Assembly (NCBI GenBank): GCA_965205485.1
Contig: OZ242180.1
Coordinates: 3,776,001-3,840,000 of the forward strand
Direction of reading: 5' to 3'
Length of the DNA: 64,000 bases
Origin: Candidatus Latescibacterota bacterium
GTDB lineage: Bacteria; Latescibacterota; UBA2968; GCA-2709665
The translations under genes and the position numbers were made by a program. This document shows positions 31,683 through 41,935 of the stretch, one piece after another. The notes beneath the pieces were generated by a model, which saw nothing but the letters and a program-made list of their open reading frames with translations, searched no databases and had not been told where the DNA came from. How positions within the stretch are numbered: the first letter of the stretch is position 1; every line of letters starts with the position of its first letter.

Positions 31683-32876
31683 TTACGTCGTGTATTCGGC
31701 GTTGATACGGACGTAGTCGTACGTCAGGTCGCAGGTGTATATTGTGGCGGACCGGTTTCCGGCGCCGAGGTTGATTTCGATGTCAATTTCGTCTGCCGAC
31801 AATGCCCGTATTGCGTCGTCCGTATTGAACGGCAGCCCGCGTCCCTGACCGTAAATCGGTATCCCGGCCATCGAAACGGAGACTTCGTCCGGATCGACGG
31901 GAACGCCGGCGTACCCGATCGCGCAGAGAATACGGCCCCAATTCGGATCCCGGCCGAAGACGGCGGTCTTGACGAGCTTGGAATTGCCCACGGAAAGCCC
32001 GACGGTCCGGGCGTCGGCGGTGGACGCGGCTCCGTCGACCCGGATGGTGATGAGCTTGGTTGCCCCTTCGCCGTCGCGGGCGATCTGTCTGGCCAGACTG
32101 ACGCAGACCGCGTTCAGACCTGTCTGAAATGACGCGATTTCGCCGCGGGAAAGCGGGCGTTCGCCAGCGGCGCCGTTGGCCAGCAGGAGAACCGTGTCGT
32201 TCGTACTCATGTCGCCGTCCACCGTAATGCAGTTGAATGACCGGTCCACGGCCTCTCGAAGGCATGTGTCCAACCGGTGCGGATCCATTCCTGCGTCCGT
32301 GGCGACGAATCCGAGCATGGTGGCCATGTGCGGAGCGATCATGCCCGCACCCTTCGCGATGCCGCAGACGGTGAATTCGCGCCGGTCCACGCGGATACGG
32401 ACCGATGCCATCTTCGGCACCGTATCGGTGGTCATAATGGCGGCGGAGGCGTCCGCCCAGCCATCGTCGCGAAGGTCCCGGACCGCCACGGGGATGCCGG
32501 ACCGGATCCTGTCCATTGGAAGGGGTACGCCGATAACGCCCGTGGAGTTGACAAGTACGTTTTCCGGCGCAACGCTGAGTTCACGAGCCACCTCGCGGGC
32601 CGTCTGCCGGGCATCGGCCAGTCCCCGTTCGCCCGTGCAGGCATTGGCGTTCCTGCTGTTGATGACGATGGCCTGGGCGGTATTGTCCGCCAGGTGTTCC
32701 CTGTTCACCTGAATCGGCGCCGCCTGTACCCGGTTGGTGGTAAACACGCCTGCCGCTGCCGCCGGTCTGTCGGACGCGATGAGCGCCAGGTCCCTGCCGT
32801 CCGGCTTCAGTCCGCACGCCACGCCGGCAGCGCGAAACCCTTCGGGGCGGATGCAACGGCCTTCGGTGACTTTCAA
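31683..32876 (-). CDS. argJ: Ornithine acetyltransferase / N-acetylglutamate synthase
   Basis: NANACTG, STGVIG, IMTTDT, KGAGMI.P.MATML, DGEGATK, YV.INAEY.T. Confidence 0.96.
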   Translation of the reverse strand: MKVTEGRCIRPEGFRAAGVACGLKPDGRDLALIASDRPAAAAGVFTTNRVQAAPIQVNREHLADNTAQAIVINSRNANACTGERGLADARQTAREVARELSVAPENVLVNSTGVIGVPLPMDRIRSGIPVAVRDLRDDGWADASAAIMTTDTVPKMASVRIRVDRREFTVCGIAKGAGMIAPHMATMLGFVATDAGMDPHRLDTCLREAVDRSFNCITVDGDMSTNDTVLLLANGAAGERPLSRGEIASFQTGLNAVCVSLARQIARDGEGATKLITIRVDGAASTADARTVGLSVGNSKLVKTAVFGRDPNWGRILCAIGYAGVPVDPDEVSVSMAGIPIYGQGRGLPFNTDDAIRALSADEIDIEINLGAGNRSATIYTCDLTYDYVRINAEYTT

Positions 32877-32887
32877 AGCCGGTCCTT

Positions 32888-34060
32888 TCAGAAGAATGCC
32901 CGCTTGATGTTCCGCACGGCCTGTCGGATACGGTGCTCGTTTTCGATGAGGGAGATTCGCACGTAGCCCTCGCCCATGTCGCCGAAACCGATCCCGGGGG
33001 AAACGGCGACTTCCGCTTCCTCCATCATTTTCAGCGAAAACCTCATCGAGCCGAGGTAGCGGTATTTTTCGGGAATCTGAGTCCAGATGAACATGGACGC
33101 TTTGGGTTTGAAAACAGGCCAGCCGATCCGGTTGAGTCCCTCCACCAGAACATCGCGCCTGGATCGATAGATATCGGCGGCCTGGGCGACACAGTCCTGA
33201 GGACCGTCCAGAGCGGCGATGGCGGCGACCTGGATGGGCGTAAAAATACCGTAGTCGTAGTAGTGCTTGATGGTTTTCAAGGCTTCGATGACTTCCGGGT
33301 TGCCGAGGCAGAAACCGACCCGCCAGCCCGCCATGTTGTAGGTCTTGGACATCGTGTAGAATTCCACGCCCACTTCCCTGGCCCCTTTGACCTGGAGCAG
33401 GCTGGGCGCCTCGTAGCCGTCGAAAACGATGTCGGAATACGCCATGTCGTGGATGATGACGATTTCCTGCCGGCGGGCGAAGTCCACGATTTCTTCAAAG
33501 AAAGCAGGGTCTACCGTCGCGGTGGTGGGGTTGTTTGGGAAGTTGAAGATCATCATCTTCGGCTTTGGCCACAGCTCTCTCGCCACCATCTGAATCTCGG
33601 GAATGAACTCCTTTTCCGGCCTTAGCGGCAGACTCAGCACATTGCCGTTCGCAATGGCGACGCCGTAGAGATGCAGCGGGTACGCGGGGTTCGGCACGAT
33701 TGCGAGATCGCCGGGGTCCAGAAGCGCCAGGCAGATGTGAGCGAGTCCCTCCTTCGAACCTATGGTGGCGAGGGCTTCCGTGTCGGGGTCCAGGTCGACG
33801 CCGAAGCGACGCCTGTAATGTCTGCAGATGGCCGCACGCAACGCGGCGATGCCCTGCGAGGGTCCATAGCGGTGGGTCTTCGGATCACCGGCAACTTCGA
33901 CGAGTTTGTCTACAATATGCGCAGGGGTCGGCTGGTCCGGGTTTCCCATCCCCAGATCGATAATGTCCATACCCTGCCGGCGCAGGCGCATCTTGTGCGC
34001 GTTGACGTCGGCAAATACATACGGCGGAAGGCGTTCGATTCTGCGTGACGTGATTTTCAT
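32888..34060 (-). CDS. PLP aminotransferase (AlaC / LL-DAP aminotransferase-like)
   Basis: RI.RLPPYVF, DLGMGNPD, GSKEGLAH, SKTYNMAGWRVGF, ENEHRIRQA. Confidence 0.88.
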   Translation of the reverse strand: MKITSRRIERLPPYVFADVNAHKMRLRRQGMDIIDLGMGNPDQPTPAHIVDKLVEVAGDPKTHRYGPSQGIAALRAAICRHYRRRFGVDLDPDTEALATIGSKEGLAHICLALLDPGDLAIVPNPAYPLHLYGVAIANGNVLSLPLRPEKEFIPEIQMVARELWPKPKMMIFNFPNNPTTATVDPAFFEEIVDFARRQEIVIIHDMAYSDIVFDGYEAPSLLQVKGAREVGVEFYTMSKTYNMAGWRVGFCLGNPEVIEALKTIKHYYDYGIFTPIQVAAIAALDGPQDCVAQAADIYRSRRDVLVEGLNRIGWPVFKPKASMFIWTQIPEKYRYLGSMRFSLKMMEEAEVAVSPGIGFGDMGEGYVRISLIENEHRIRQAVRNIKRAFF

Positions 34061-34112
34061 TTGCGAAACCTGAAAACAGAGCCGACCCCGTTCGGCCCGG
34101 GTCAAGGGGACG

Positions 34113-35720
34113 TTATGCGAGCGCTTCCTGACGAATCTGTTCGCTGGCGGTCAGATAGCCCTCCCTGAGCAGCTTGTAGGTAAGGCTGTCCACCAGAGCG
34201 ATCCAGCTGGCTTCAATGATGTTCTCGGATACGCCGATCGTATTCCACACCCGATGACTGTCGGACGACTCAATGAGCACGCGTACCCTTGCGGCGGTGC
34301 CGTCCTGGGTGGAAAGGACGCGCACCTTGTAGTCTTCGAGATGGACGTCCTTGAGGATAGGGTACACGGGTTCAAGACCCTGCCTGAGCGCCGCGTCAAG
34401 CGCGTTTACGGGCCCGTCGCCATCGGCCACGGTGTGATAGACATGGCCGTCGACCTCGACCTTGACGATTGCCTCAACTTCCGTTCCTTCAGCCGACTTC
34501 CGGTTGATTGTGCGGAATCCGATGAGTTGGAACGGGTCGGAAATGCCGCCGAGCGCTTTTCGGGCCAGGATTTCGAAGGACGCTTCCGCCGCTTCGAAGA
34601 CGTATCCCTCGTGTTCGAGTTGCTTGATCTGGCGGAGAAGGCGCTGAAGCGCGGGATGTCTCTTGTCGAGTCCGGGAAGGATATGGTTCAGCTTGGCGGC
34701 GATGGTGGCGCCTCCGGATTGCTCCGACAGCAGAAAGCGACGCTCGTTGCCCACCTGTTCGGGCCGGCAGTGTTCGTACGTCGCCGGCTGTTTGACCATG
34801 GCGTCGATATGTACACCGCCCTTGTGCGCAAACGCGCTCTCCCCCACATAAGGCTGCCGGTGATCGTGATGGACGTTAGCGACTTCGCTGAGAAAACGGG
34901 AGAAGTCCATGAGTCCCGCGAGTCTTTCCGGGCCGATACTGGATTTGTCGAGTTTCAGTTCGAGGCTCGGGATGATCGAACAGAGATTCGCGTTGCCGCA
35001 GCGCTCCCCGTATCCGTTGAACGTACCCTGTACCTGAATGGCGCCCATTTCGACGGCCACGAGCGCGTTGGCGACGCCGACGCCGGCGTCGTTATGGGTG
35101 TGGATCCCGAAAGGCGCAGTGATTTTTGTCTTTACGTCTTCGATGATCTTCCCGAGTTCCGAAGGCAGGGTGCCGCCGTTCGTGTCGCAGAGGACCAGAA
35201 CGCCGGCGCCGCCCTCCTGCGCCGCCAGGAGCGTGGCGATGGCGTATTGAGGATCGGCCCTGTACCCGTCGAAGAAATGTTCCGCGTCGTAGACGACCTC
35301 CCGTCCGTTTGATGCAATGAACGCGACCGAGTCCCGGATGAGCCTCAGGTTCTCGTCACGAGTGGTCCGAAGGACGTGGGTGACGTGCAGTTCCCATGAC
35401 TTGCCGAAGAGCGTGACCACGCCGGTGCCCGCTTGCAGCAGCGTATTGAGGATGGCATCGTCCTCCGGATGATTGTTCGCCCGGCGTGTACTGCCGAAGG
35501 CGGTTACCTTCGCGTTCTTCAGCGGGAGTTCGCGAACGCGATTGAAAAACTCCATGTCCTTCGGATTGGTGGGATTCGGCCATCCGCCCTCGATGTAGTG
35601 GACGCCGAGGACATCCAGTCGCTGCGCGATCGTGAGCTTGTCATCCAGCGAGAACGCGATCCCTTCGGCTTGCGCGCCGTCTCTGAGTGTGGAATCGTAT
35701 ATCTGAACCTGGTTGGACAT
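34113..35720 (-). CDS. cimA: Citramalate synthase
   Basis: YD.TLRDGAQ.EG, YDAEHFFDGY, LCDTNGG, QGTFNGYGERCGNAN, AFAHKGG.H. Confidence 0.92.
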   Translation of the reverse strand: MSNQVQIYDSTLRDGAQAEGIAFSLDDKLTIAQRLDVLGVHYIEGGWPNPTNPKDMEFFNRVRELPLKNAKVTAFGSTRRANNHPEDDAILNTLLQAGTGVVTLFGKSWELHVTHVLRTTRDENLRLIRDSVAFIASNGREVVYDAEHFFDGYRADPQYAIATLLAAQEGGAGVLVLCDTNGGTLPSELGKIIEDVKTKITAPFGIHTHNDAGVGVANALVAVEMGAIQVQGTFNGYGERCGNANLCSIIPSLELKLDKSSIGPERLAGLMDFSRFLSEVANVHHDHRQPYVGESAFAHKGGVHIDAMVKQPATYEHCRPEQVGNERRFLLSEQSGGATIAAKLNHILPGLDKRHPALQRLLRQIKQLEHEGYVFEAAEASFEILARKALGGISDPFQLIGFRTINRKSAEGTEVEAIVKVEVDGHVYHTVADGDGPVNALDAALRQGLEPVYPILKDVHLEDYKVRVLSTQDGTAARVRVLIESSDSHRVWNTIGVSENIIEASWIALVDSLTYKLLREGYLTASEQIRQEALA

Positions 35721-35906
35721 CAGAAGCTCCTTGTGCATTGGGTCGGAGATTCGGTGAATCCGGAACAGACGCGCCCGATCGGCTTGACGGCCGCGTCCAC
35801 GTATTCAGCAGACCGCCGTTCCAATGCGGCCCGGGCGGTCGGAGCCGCCCGGTCGATTCCACTTCCCTTCTGAAGAATTCAGGTGTGTCATCCTGTGTTT
35901 CCCCGG

Positions 35907-36971
35907 CTACGCGCGCGCGACCTCGTTGGCGATGAGATCGCCTACTTCGGAGGTGTTGAAGCCCATTTCTCCTGCGCCCATGCCTTTGAGTTTCGTGCCG
36001 ACGACCTGGATGATGGCGTTTTCCAGGATGACAGCGCTTTCGGTCTCGCCCAGGACGTCGAGCATCATCTGTGCGGCGGCGATGCCCGCGACGGGATTGA
36101 TGACGCCCATACCGGTGTACTTGGGCGCCGATCCGCCGATGGGTTCGAACATGGAAACGCCCTCGGGGTTGATGTTGCCGCCCGCCGCAACACCCATGCC
36201 GCCCTGAATCATGGCGCCCAGGTCGGTGATGATGTCGCCGAACATGTTATCGGTGACGATAACGTCGAACCACTCCGGGTTCTTTACCATCCACATCGTG
36301 ATGGCATCAACGTGGGCGTAGTCCCGTTTGACGTCGGAATACTCGGCATCACCGATTTCGTTGAACGTACGCTCCCACAGGTCGAAGGCGTAGGTGAGCA
36401 CGTTGGTCTTGCCGCAAAGGGTGAGGGTGTTGGCTCGACTGAGTCTTCGCGTGTATTCGAAGGCGTACCTGAGGCAGCGCTCCACGCCCTTTCGGGTGTT
36501 GACGGATTCCTGGACGGCGACTTCGTCTGGGGTACCCTTCTTGAGGAATCCCCCCGCGCCGGAATAAAGGCCCTCGGTGTTTTCGCGCACGACGACAAAA
36601 TCGACGTCGGCGGGTCCCTTGTCCTTTAAAGGGCAGTCCACGTTGGGGTAGAGCTTGACCGGACGCAGGTTGATATACTGATCCAGCTCAAAGCGTGTTC
36701 TGAGGAGAATACCCTTCTCAAGGATCCCGGGCCGGACGTCCGGATGACCTATGGCGCCAAGGTAGATGGCGTCGAAGCCACGCAGCGCTTCAAGGGCGGA
36801 GTCGGGCAGGGTTTCACCGGTTCTGAGATATCGCTCGCCACCAAAGTCGAAGGTCTCGGTCTCAAAGTCGAAACCGCATTTCCGGGCGGTGGCGTCTATG
36901 CACTTCAGGCCTTCCACCACAACTTCCGGACCCGTGCCGTCACCGGGGATGACTGCGATCTTGTAGGACAA
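35907..36971 (-). CDS. leuB: 3-isopropylmalate dehydrogenase
   Basis: IPGDG.GPEV, RENTEG.Y, NMFGDI..D, FEP..GSAP. Confidence 0.93.
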   Translation of the reverse strand: MSYKIAVIPGDGTGPEVVVEGLKCIDATARKCGFDFETETFDFGGERYLRTGETLPDSALEALRGFDAIYLGAIGHPDVRPGILEKGILLRTRFELDQYINLRPVKLYPNVDCPLKDKGPADVDFVVVRENTEGLYSGAGGFLKKGTPDEVAVQESVNTRKGVERCLRYAFEYTRRLSRANTLTLCGKTNVLTYAFDLWERTFNEIGDAEYSDVKRDYAHVDAITMWMVKNPEWFDVIVTDNMFGDIITDLGAMIQGGMGVAAGGNINPEGVSMFEPIGGSAPKYTGMGVINPVAGIAAAQMMLDVLGETESAVILENAIIQVVGTKLKGMGAGEMGFNTSEVGDLIANEVARA

Positions 36972-36988
36972 AGGCTTCCTCCAATGGT

Positions 36989-37585
36989 TTAGAATCCTGA
37001 GATATACGGGAGTCTTCGTGCGACGGAACGGACGCTTTCACGGCCTTCAAGAAGCATCCCGGTGGCGTCCCACGTCCCTTCCAGAAGTTGAATGCGGTCG
37101 CCGTCGGGGATCCGGACGTCAAACGCGAGTTCGCCGCATGACAGGGTCCTTGCTTCCAGGTCGACGGTTATCTCGCGCTCCGGATCGGATTCGACGGCAT
37201 CCATCAGTGTCTGAATGCTCCCCGCCGCCGCGGTGACGCAGGGAAGTCCCATTGCCGTGCAATTGCCCTGGAATATTTCCGCAAACGATTCGCCGACGAT
37301 TGCTCCAATGCCCCGCCGCATAATCGCCTGCGGCGCGTGCTCCCGGGAAGAACCGCATCCGAAGTTGGCGTTCACCACCAGAATGGACGCCCCACGGTAC
37401 CGGTCGTCGTCGAAGGGGTGCTGTGTAGACTTCCGGTCGTCTTCGAAGGCGAATTCCCCGAGGCCCTCGAAAGTGATGTTGCGCAGGTACCTCGCGGGGA
37501 TGATGCGGTCTGTATCTATGTCGTTGCCCCGCAACGGAATACCCCGACCTTCCGCGCGGGTCACTGAGGAAGATGCACCGTTCAT
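36989..37585 (-). CDS. leuD: 3-isopropylmalate dehydratase small subunit
   Basis: DIDTD.IIP, NFGCGSSREHA, SFA.IF. Confidence 0.96.
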   Translation of the reverse strand: MNGASSSVTRAEGRGIPLRGNDIDTDRIIPARYLRNITFEGLGEFAFEDDRKSTQHPFDDDRYRGASILVVNANFGCGSSREHAPQAIMRRGIGAIVGESFAEIFQGNCTAMGLPCVTAAAGSIQTLMDAVESDPEREITVDLEARTLSCGELAFDVRIPDGDRIQLLEGTWDATGMLLEGRESVRSVARRLPYISGF

Positions 37586-37597
37586 CTACTGGTCCTT

Positions 37598-39001
37598 TCA
37601 CCTGAGCATGGCGCGCACGTCCGTCACTTCACCTGAAACGGCCGCAGCCGCGACCATCGCGGGACTCATCAGAAGGGTGCGGCCGGTCGGACTGCCCTGG
37701 CGGCCCTTGAAGTTCCGGTTGCTGGAGGAAGCGCATATCTGTCGGTGCTGCAGCTTGTCCGGGTTCATGGCCAGGCACATGGAACAGCCGGCGTCTCTCC
37801 ACTCGAACCCTGCTTCGCGGAAGATTTCATGCAGGCCTTCGGCTTCCGCGTCTTTGCGTACCGCCGAGGAGCCGGGTACCACCAGGGCCTTGACGCTGCC
37901 CGACACCCGGTTTCCCTTGGCGATGCCGGCGGCCTCCCGGAGGTCGGAAATCCGGCCGTTGGTGCATGACCCGATGAACGCGACGTCAATGGGCGTTCCG
38001 GCGATCGGGCTTCCGGCGTCCAGATCCATGTATTCGTAGGCTTCGGCGGCGACATCCCGTTCGTCTTCGCGCAGATCGCGCAGGGCCGGGATCTTTTCGG
38101 ATACATAGACGCCCTGCCCGGGGGTGATGCCCCACGTGACGGTCGGCTCGAGCGCGGACCCGTCCAGCTCGAAAACGTCGTCGTAGTGGGCGTTGGAGTC
38201 CGAGGCCATGGACTTCCACCAGTCTACGGCCCGTTCGAATCCGCCGCCGGAGGGCGAGTACGCCCGGCCCCTGAGATAGTCGAACGTGGTCTGGTCCGGA
38301 TTGACGTATCCCGCGCGCGCTCCGCCTTCGATGGACATGTTGCAGATGGACATGCGTTCTTCCATACTCAATCGGTCGACGACAGGCCCGGCGTATTCAT
38401 ACGCGTAGCCGACGCCGCCCTTGACGCCGAGACGACGGATGATGTTGAGGATGACGTCCTTTGCGAAAACGCCCCTGGAGAGGCTGCCGGTCACCTCGAT
38501 GCGCCGGACCTTGAGCGGGTGCAGGGCCAGGCACTGCGTTGCCAGAACGTCGCGTACCTGGGACGTCCCGATGCCGAAGGCGATGGCGCCGAACGCCCCG
38601 TGTGTCGACGTATGACTGTCACCGCAGGCGATGGTCATGCCCGGCTGCGTGAGTCCGAGTTCCGGTCCGATGATATGAACGATGCCCTGGCGGTCATCGT
38701 GAAGGTTGAATAGCGGGATATCGAACTCCCGCGTGTTTTCCTCGATTGCGCCGAGCATCTCCTCGGCCATGGCGTCCATCAGTGGACGGGTGCGTATATC
38801 GGTGGGGACGATATGGTCTACCGTGGCATAGGTGCGTTCCGGATATGCGACCTTGAGGCCGCGTTCGCGCATCATCTGAAACGCCTGGGGGCTGGTTACT
38901 TCATGAATGAGATGCAGGCCGATAAACAGTTGGGTCTGCCCAGACGGAAGTTCGCGAACGGCGTGGGCGTCCCACACCTTGTAAAACAGACTCTTGCCCA
39001 T
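37598..39001 (-). CDS. leuC: 3-isopropylmalate dehydratase large subunit
   Basis: [41 protein letters not shown]. Confidence 0.97.
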   Translation of the reverse strand: MGKSLFYKVWDAHAVRELPSGQTQLFIGLHLIHEVTSPQAFQMMRERGLKVAYPERTYATVDHIVPTDIRTRPLMDAMAEEMLGAIEENTREFDIPLFNLHDDRQGIVHIIGPELGLTQPGMTIACGDSHTSTHGAFGAIAFGIGTSQVRDVLATQCLALHPLKVRRIEVTGSLSRGVFAKDVILNIIRRLGVKGGVGYAYEYAGPVVDRLSMEERMSICNMSIEGGARAGYVNPDQTTFDYLRGRAYSPSGGGFERAVDWWKSMASDSNAHYDDVFELDGSALEPTVTWGITPGQGVYVSEKIPALRDLREDERDVAAEAYEYMDLDAGSPIAGTPIDVAFIGSCTNGRISDLREAAGIAKGNRVSGSVKALVVPGSSAVRKDAEAEGLHEIFREAGFEWRDAGCSMCLAMNPDKLQHRQICASSSNRNFKGRQGSPTGRTLLMSPAMVAAAAVSGEVTDVRAMLR

Positions 39002-39072
39002 GGGTGATGTCCACCTCCGTGACTTGCGTTTCAGGCGCCGGAATCGGCGTCGGTTCGTCCGAATGCGTGGTG

Positions 39073-40617
39073 CTACACCGCTTCTGTTCGATGCCGCCGT
39101 ACGCCCGCGCGCAGGGCCAGATGGTTCAGGGCATCGATGTACGCTTTCGCACTGGCCTGGATGATGTCCGTGGACGCGCCCCTTCCGGTGGCGCCGTCAC
39201 CCTTCCGGCTGACCTTGACGGTCACTTCACCCATTGCTTCGGCGCCGTGCGTGACGGATCGGATGTGGTATTCGTCGACCTGGACGTTCGTCGAGGTGGC
39301 CTTCCCGATGGCCTTGTACGTGGCGTCGACCGGACCGTCGCCCCACGCGGACTCCTGGATTTCGCTTTCGCCGTCGATGCTGATCCTCACGGTGGCCGAC
39401 GGAATGGTTCCGGTGCCGCTCGTGGTGTGCATGTATAGCAGTTGGAATTTCTCCGGTATGTCCCGAATCTCGTCCTCGACGATGGCCATCAGGTCTTCGT
39501 CGTACACTTCCTTCTTCTTGTCCGCCACTTTCAGGAATCGCTCGTATGCCTTGTTCAGGTCATTCTGGTCCAGGTGATATCCCAGTTCTTCCAGCCGGTG
39601 CCGAAGGGCGTGCCGCCCCGATCTTGCCGTGAGTACGATGCTGGTGGCTTCCAGACCCACGTCTTTCGGGTCGATGATCTCAAAATTCGCCCGGTTCTTG
39701 AGGACGCCGTCCTGGTGTATCCCTGAACTGTGGGCGAAGGCGTTGGCGCCCACGATGGCTTTGTTCGGGGCGACGGGTATTCCCATCAGGCGGCTGACGA
39801 GCCGGCTCGTCGGGCAGATTTCCTTTGAATCTATTTTCGTATAGAGTTCGTAATAGTCGCCCCGCGTACGGATTGCCATCACGATCTCCTCCAGCGAGGC
39901 GTTTCCGGCGCGTTCGCCCAGACCGTTGACAGTACATTCCGCCTGCCGGGCGCCGTTTAGGATGGCTGTAAGGCTGTTGATGACCGCCATGCCGAGGTCG
40001 TCGTGACAATGAACGCTGATTACGGCCCGGTTGATATTCGGGACGTTGTCGCGGATATTGCGAATCAGGCCGCCGAATTGTTCGGGCACAGCGTAGCCCA
40101 CGGTATCGGGAATGTTGACCGTGGAGGCGCCGGCATCGATTGATGCCTCGATGACGGCATAGAGATAATCGGGTTCGGTACGGGCGGCGTCCATTGGAGA
40201 AAATTCCACGTCATCGACATACGCACGGGCCCTCTTGACGGCATCCACGGCCATTCCGAGCACTTCGTCGGGGGACTTGCCGATCATGGCGATGTGGTTG
40301 GGCGAGGTGCCGATAAAGGTGTGGATTCTGGGTCTGACGGCGCCGCTGAGCGCTTCGCCGGCCCGGTCGATGTCCTTCATTACGGCTCTGGCAAGACCGC
40401 AAACGGTCGGTCCTTCGACCTCCTGTCCGATTCGCCGGACCGCCTCGAAGTCCTCGTCCGACGAGATGGGGAAGCCGGCTTCGATGACGTCGACTTTCAG
40501 CTTGCCGAGCTGCTGGGCGATTTCGATCTTCTCCCGAACGGAGAGTTTCGCGCCGGGCGTCTGTTCGGCGTCGCGCAACGTGGTGTCGAATATGAAGACG
40601 CGGTCTCGATTGTCCAT
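39073..40617 (-). CDS. leuA: 2-isopropylmalate synthase
   Basis: [38 protein letters not shown]. Confidence 0.97.
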   Translation of the reverse strand: MDNRDRVFIFDTTLRDAEQTPGAKLSVREKIEIAQQLGKLKVDVIEAGFPISSDEDFEAVRRIGQEVEGPTVCGLARAVMKDIDRAGEALSGAVRPRIHTFIGTSPNHIAMIGKSPDEVLGMAVDAVKRARAYVDDVEFSPMDAARTEPDYLYAVIEASIDAGASTVNIPDTVGYAVPEQFGGLIRNIRDNVPNINRAVISVHCHDDLGMAVINSLTAILNGARQAECTVNGLGERAGNASLEEIVMAIRTRGDYYELYTKIDSKEICPTSRLVSRLMGIPVAPNKAIVGANAFAHSSGIHQDGVLKNRANFEIIDPKDVGLEATSIVLTARSGRHALRHRLEELGYHLDQNDLNKAYERFLKVADKKKEVYDEDLMAIVEDEIRDIPEKFQLLYMHTTSGTGTIPSATVRISIDGESEIQESAWGDGPVDATYKAIGKATSTNVQVDEYHIRSVTHGAEAMGEVTVKVSRKGDGATGRGASTDIIQASAKAYIDALNHLALRAGVRRHRTEAV

Positions 40618-40652
40618 GGTGTTCTGTCGCCTCCTGCGTGCGGTGCGTCCTG

Positions 40653-41165
40653 CTATTCCCCGCCTCCGGCATCCTGCTTCAACTGGGAGTCGCGCAGAAG
40701 CGCAACCGTGCCCGTCCTTGCGATTTCGTTGATACCGTAATCCTTAAGCATGTTGATCATCGCCGCGATTTTGTCTTCTTTTCCCGTGACTTCAATCGTC
40801 ATCGAGTTCGTACTGACATCCACGACGCCCGCCCTGAATATCTCCGCGATCTGAATGATCTCGGAACGTGTATCGATGCGGGTCTTTACGTTGATGAGCG
40901 CAAGTTCGCGCTCGACGAATTCACCCTGCGTGATGTCGATGACCCTGATGACGTCCACAAGTCGATTCAGCTGCTTGACCACCTGCTCCAGCACGCGGTC
41001 GTCACCTCTCACGACAATGGTCATTCGGGAAATGGTTGGATCTTCGGTTTCTCCAACGGAAAGGCTGTCGATGTTGAATCCTCGGCTGGAAAACAAGCCT
41101 GAGATACGGCAGAGAACGCCGAAGTGGTTCTCGACCAACGCGGAAATGGTGTGTCTTGTCGGCAT
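40653..41165 (-). CDS. ilvN: Acetolactate synthase small (regulatory) subunit
   Basis: EN..GVL.RISGLFS.RGFNI.SL.V, KQLN.L.DV, EIARTG. Confidence 0.95.
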   Translation of the reverse strand: MPTRHTISALVENHFGVLCRISGLFSSRGFNIDSLSVGETEDPTISRMTIVVRGDDRVLEQVVKQLNRLVDVIRVIDITQGEFVERELALINVKTRIDTRSEIIQIAEIFRAGVVDVSTNSMTIEVTGKEDKIAAMINMLKDYGINEIARTGTVALLRDSQLKQDAGGGE

Positions 41166-41293
41166 ATTAAGGTCCTCTTTGGCCGGTATATGACAGGGCA
41201 GTAACCTGGCGATTGCCCGAGAGGCTCGTTCCGGGACCGGCGTTTACTGAATTTTCAGGGGATTCGACGTGGAAGAGAGCCTCTTGAATGCGT

Positions 41294-41452
41294 TCAATTG
41301 TCCGGAAGGATGGCGGACAGTAAGAGGCTTGAGGATGCGGGGAGAACAAGAATTCGCGGACGTGCGACGGCGTGCGCCGTGGAAGGACGCGGTGCAGGGA
41401 AGGGCCAAGCGCCTGAGGACACTGGTGCGCATGTTGGGGTGTAGGGAATCAT
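41294..41452 (-). promoter_or_regulatory. Putative ilv-leu leader peptide (52 aa) of an attenuator
   Basis: GGAGAG SD, then MIPYTPTCAPVSSGAWPFPAPRPSTAHAVARPRILVLPASSSLLLSAILPDN; C-terminal I/L/V cluster; alternative pairing segments downstream. Confidence 0.65.
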
Positions 41453-41492
41453 CGTCGCACTCTCCATTTGGATCCGACCATCCTGATCTTAA

Positions 41493-41680
41493 GAAGCTGT
41501 TTTAAAATTACCGGTGAGTTCCCGAGCGCGAGCGAAAAAGTGGCGGTCAAGGCGGGAGAATCCGCCCATATCCAATGTATCGTGGCTGCGCGCCCCTCGC
41601 CACTCTTGGGTGGATTTGAACAACGCCGGCCAGCGCTTTTGCAGCCGCGCGAAGTCCGCTGGGAATTTTAAGACAGCTTC
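41493..41680. mobile_element. 188-bp MITE-like element, copy 1
   Basis: TIR GAAGCTGTTTTAAAATT / AATTTTAAGACAGCTTC (1 mismatch), flanked by TAA on both sides; near-identical copy at 63375-63563. Confidence 0.85.
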
Positions 41681-41690
41681 TAAAATACGA

Positions 41691-41719
41691 ATATTACAGG
41701 ATTTGTAAAGGCGTGTCAA
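41691..41719 (-). promoter_or_regulatory. sigma70 promoter of the ilvN-leu operon
   Basis: Minus strand TTGACA-N17-TAATAT. Confidence 0.7.
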
Positions 41720-41935
41720 GGAAAATCAAGTAACCTTATAAATGCGTCGTCACGCTTTCGCTTAAGGGAACGTGAAGTATGGGCGCCGGACCTGCCGTTT
41801 GAGGCGCAGCGGACCCGCACCGGCGCGTTTTTCTGTTCGGGGGCTTGACACGATTCGACTTTTTATATTAATTTTCCGGTCGAATTCAAGTGCGCCGGGT
41901 GTTTTCCGCTACCATGGGTTGAAGGAGGACCGTAC

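Noticed and set aside
41468..41719. Short ORFs inside the 188-bp element (also 63182-63451)
   Set aside because: Translations of non-coding repeat; no transposase motifs
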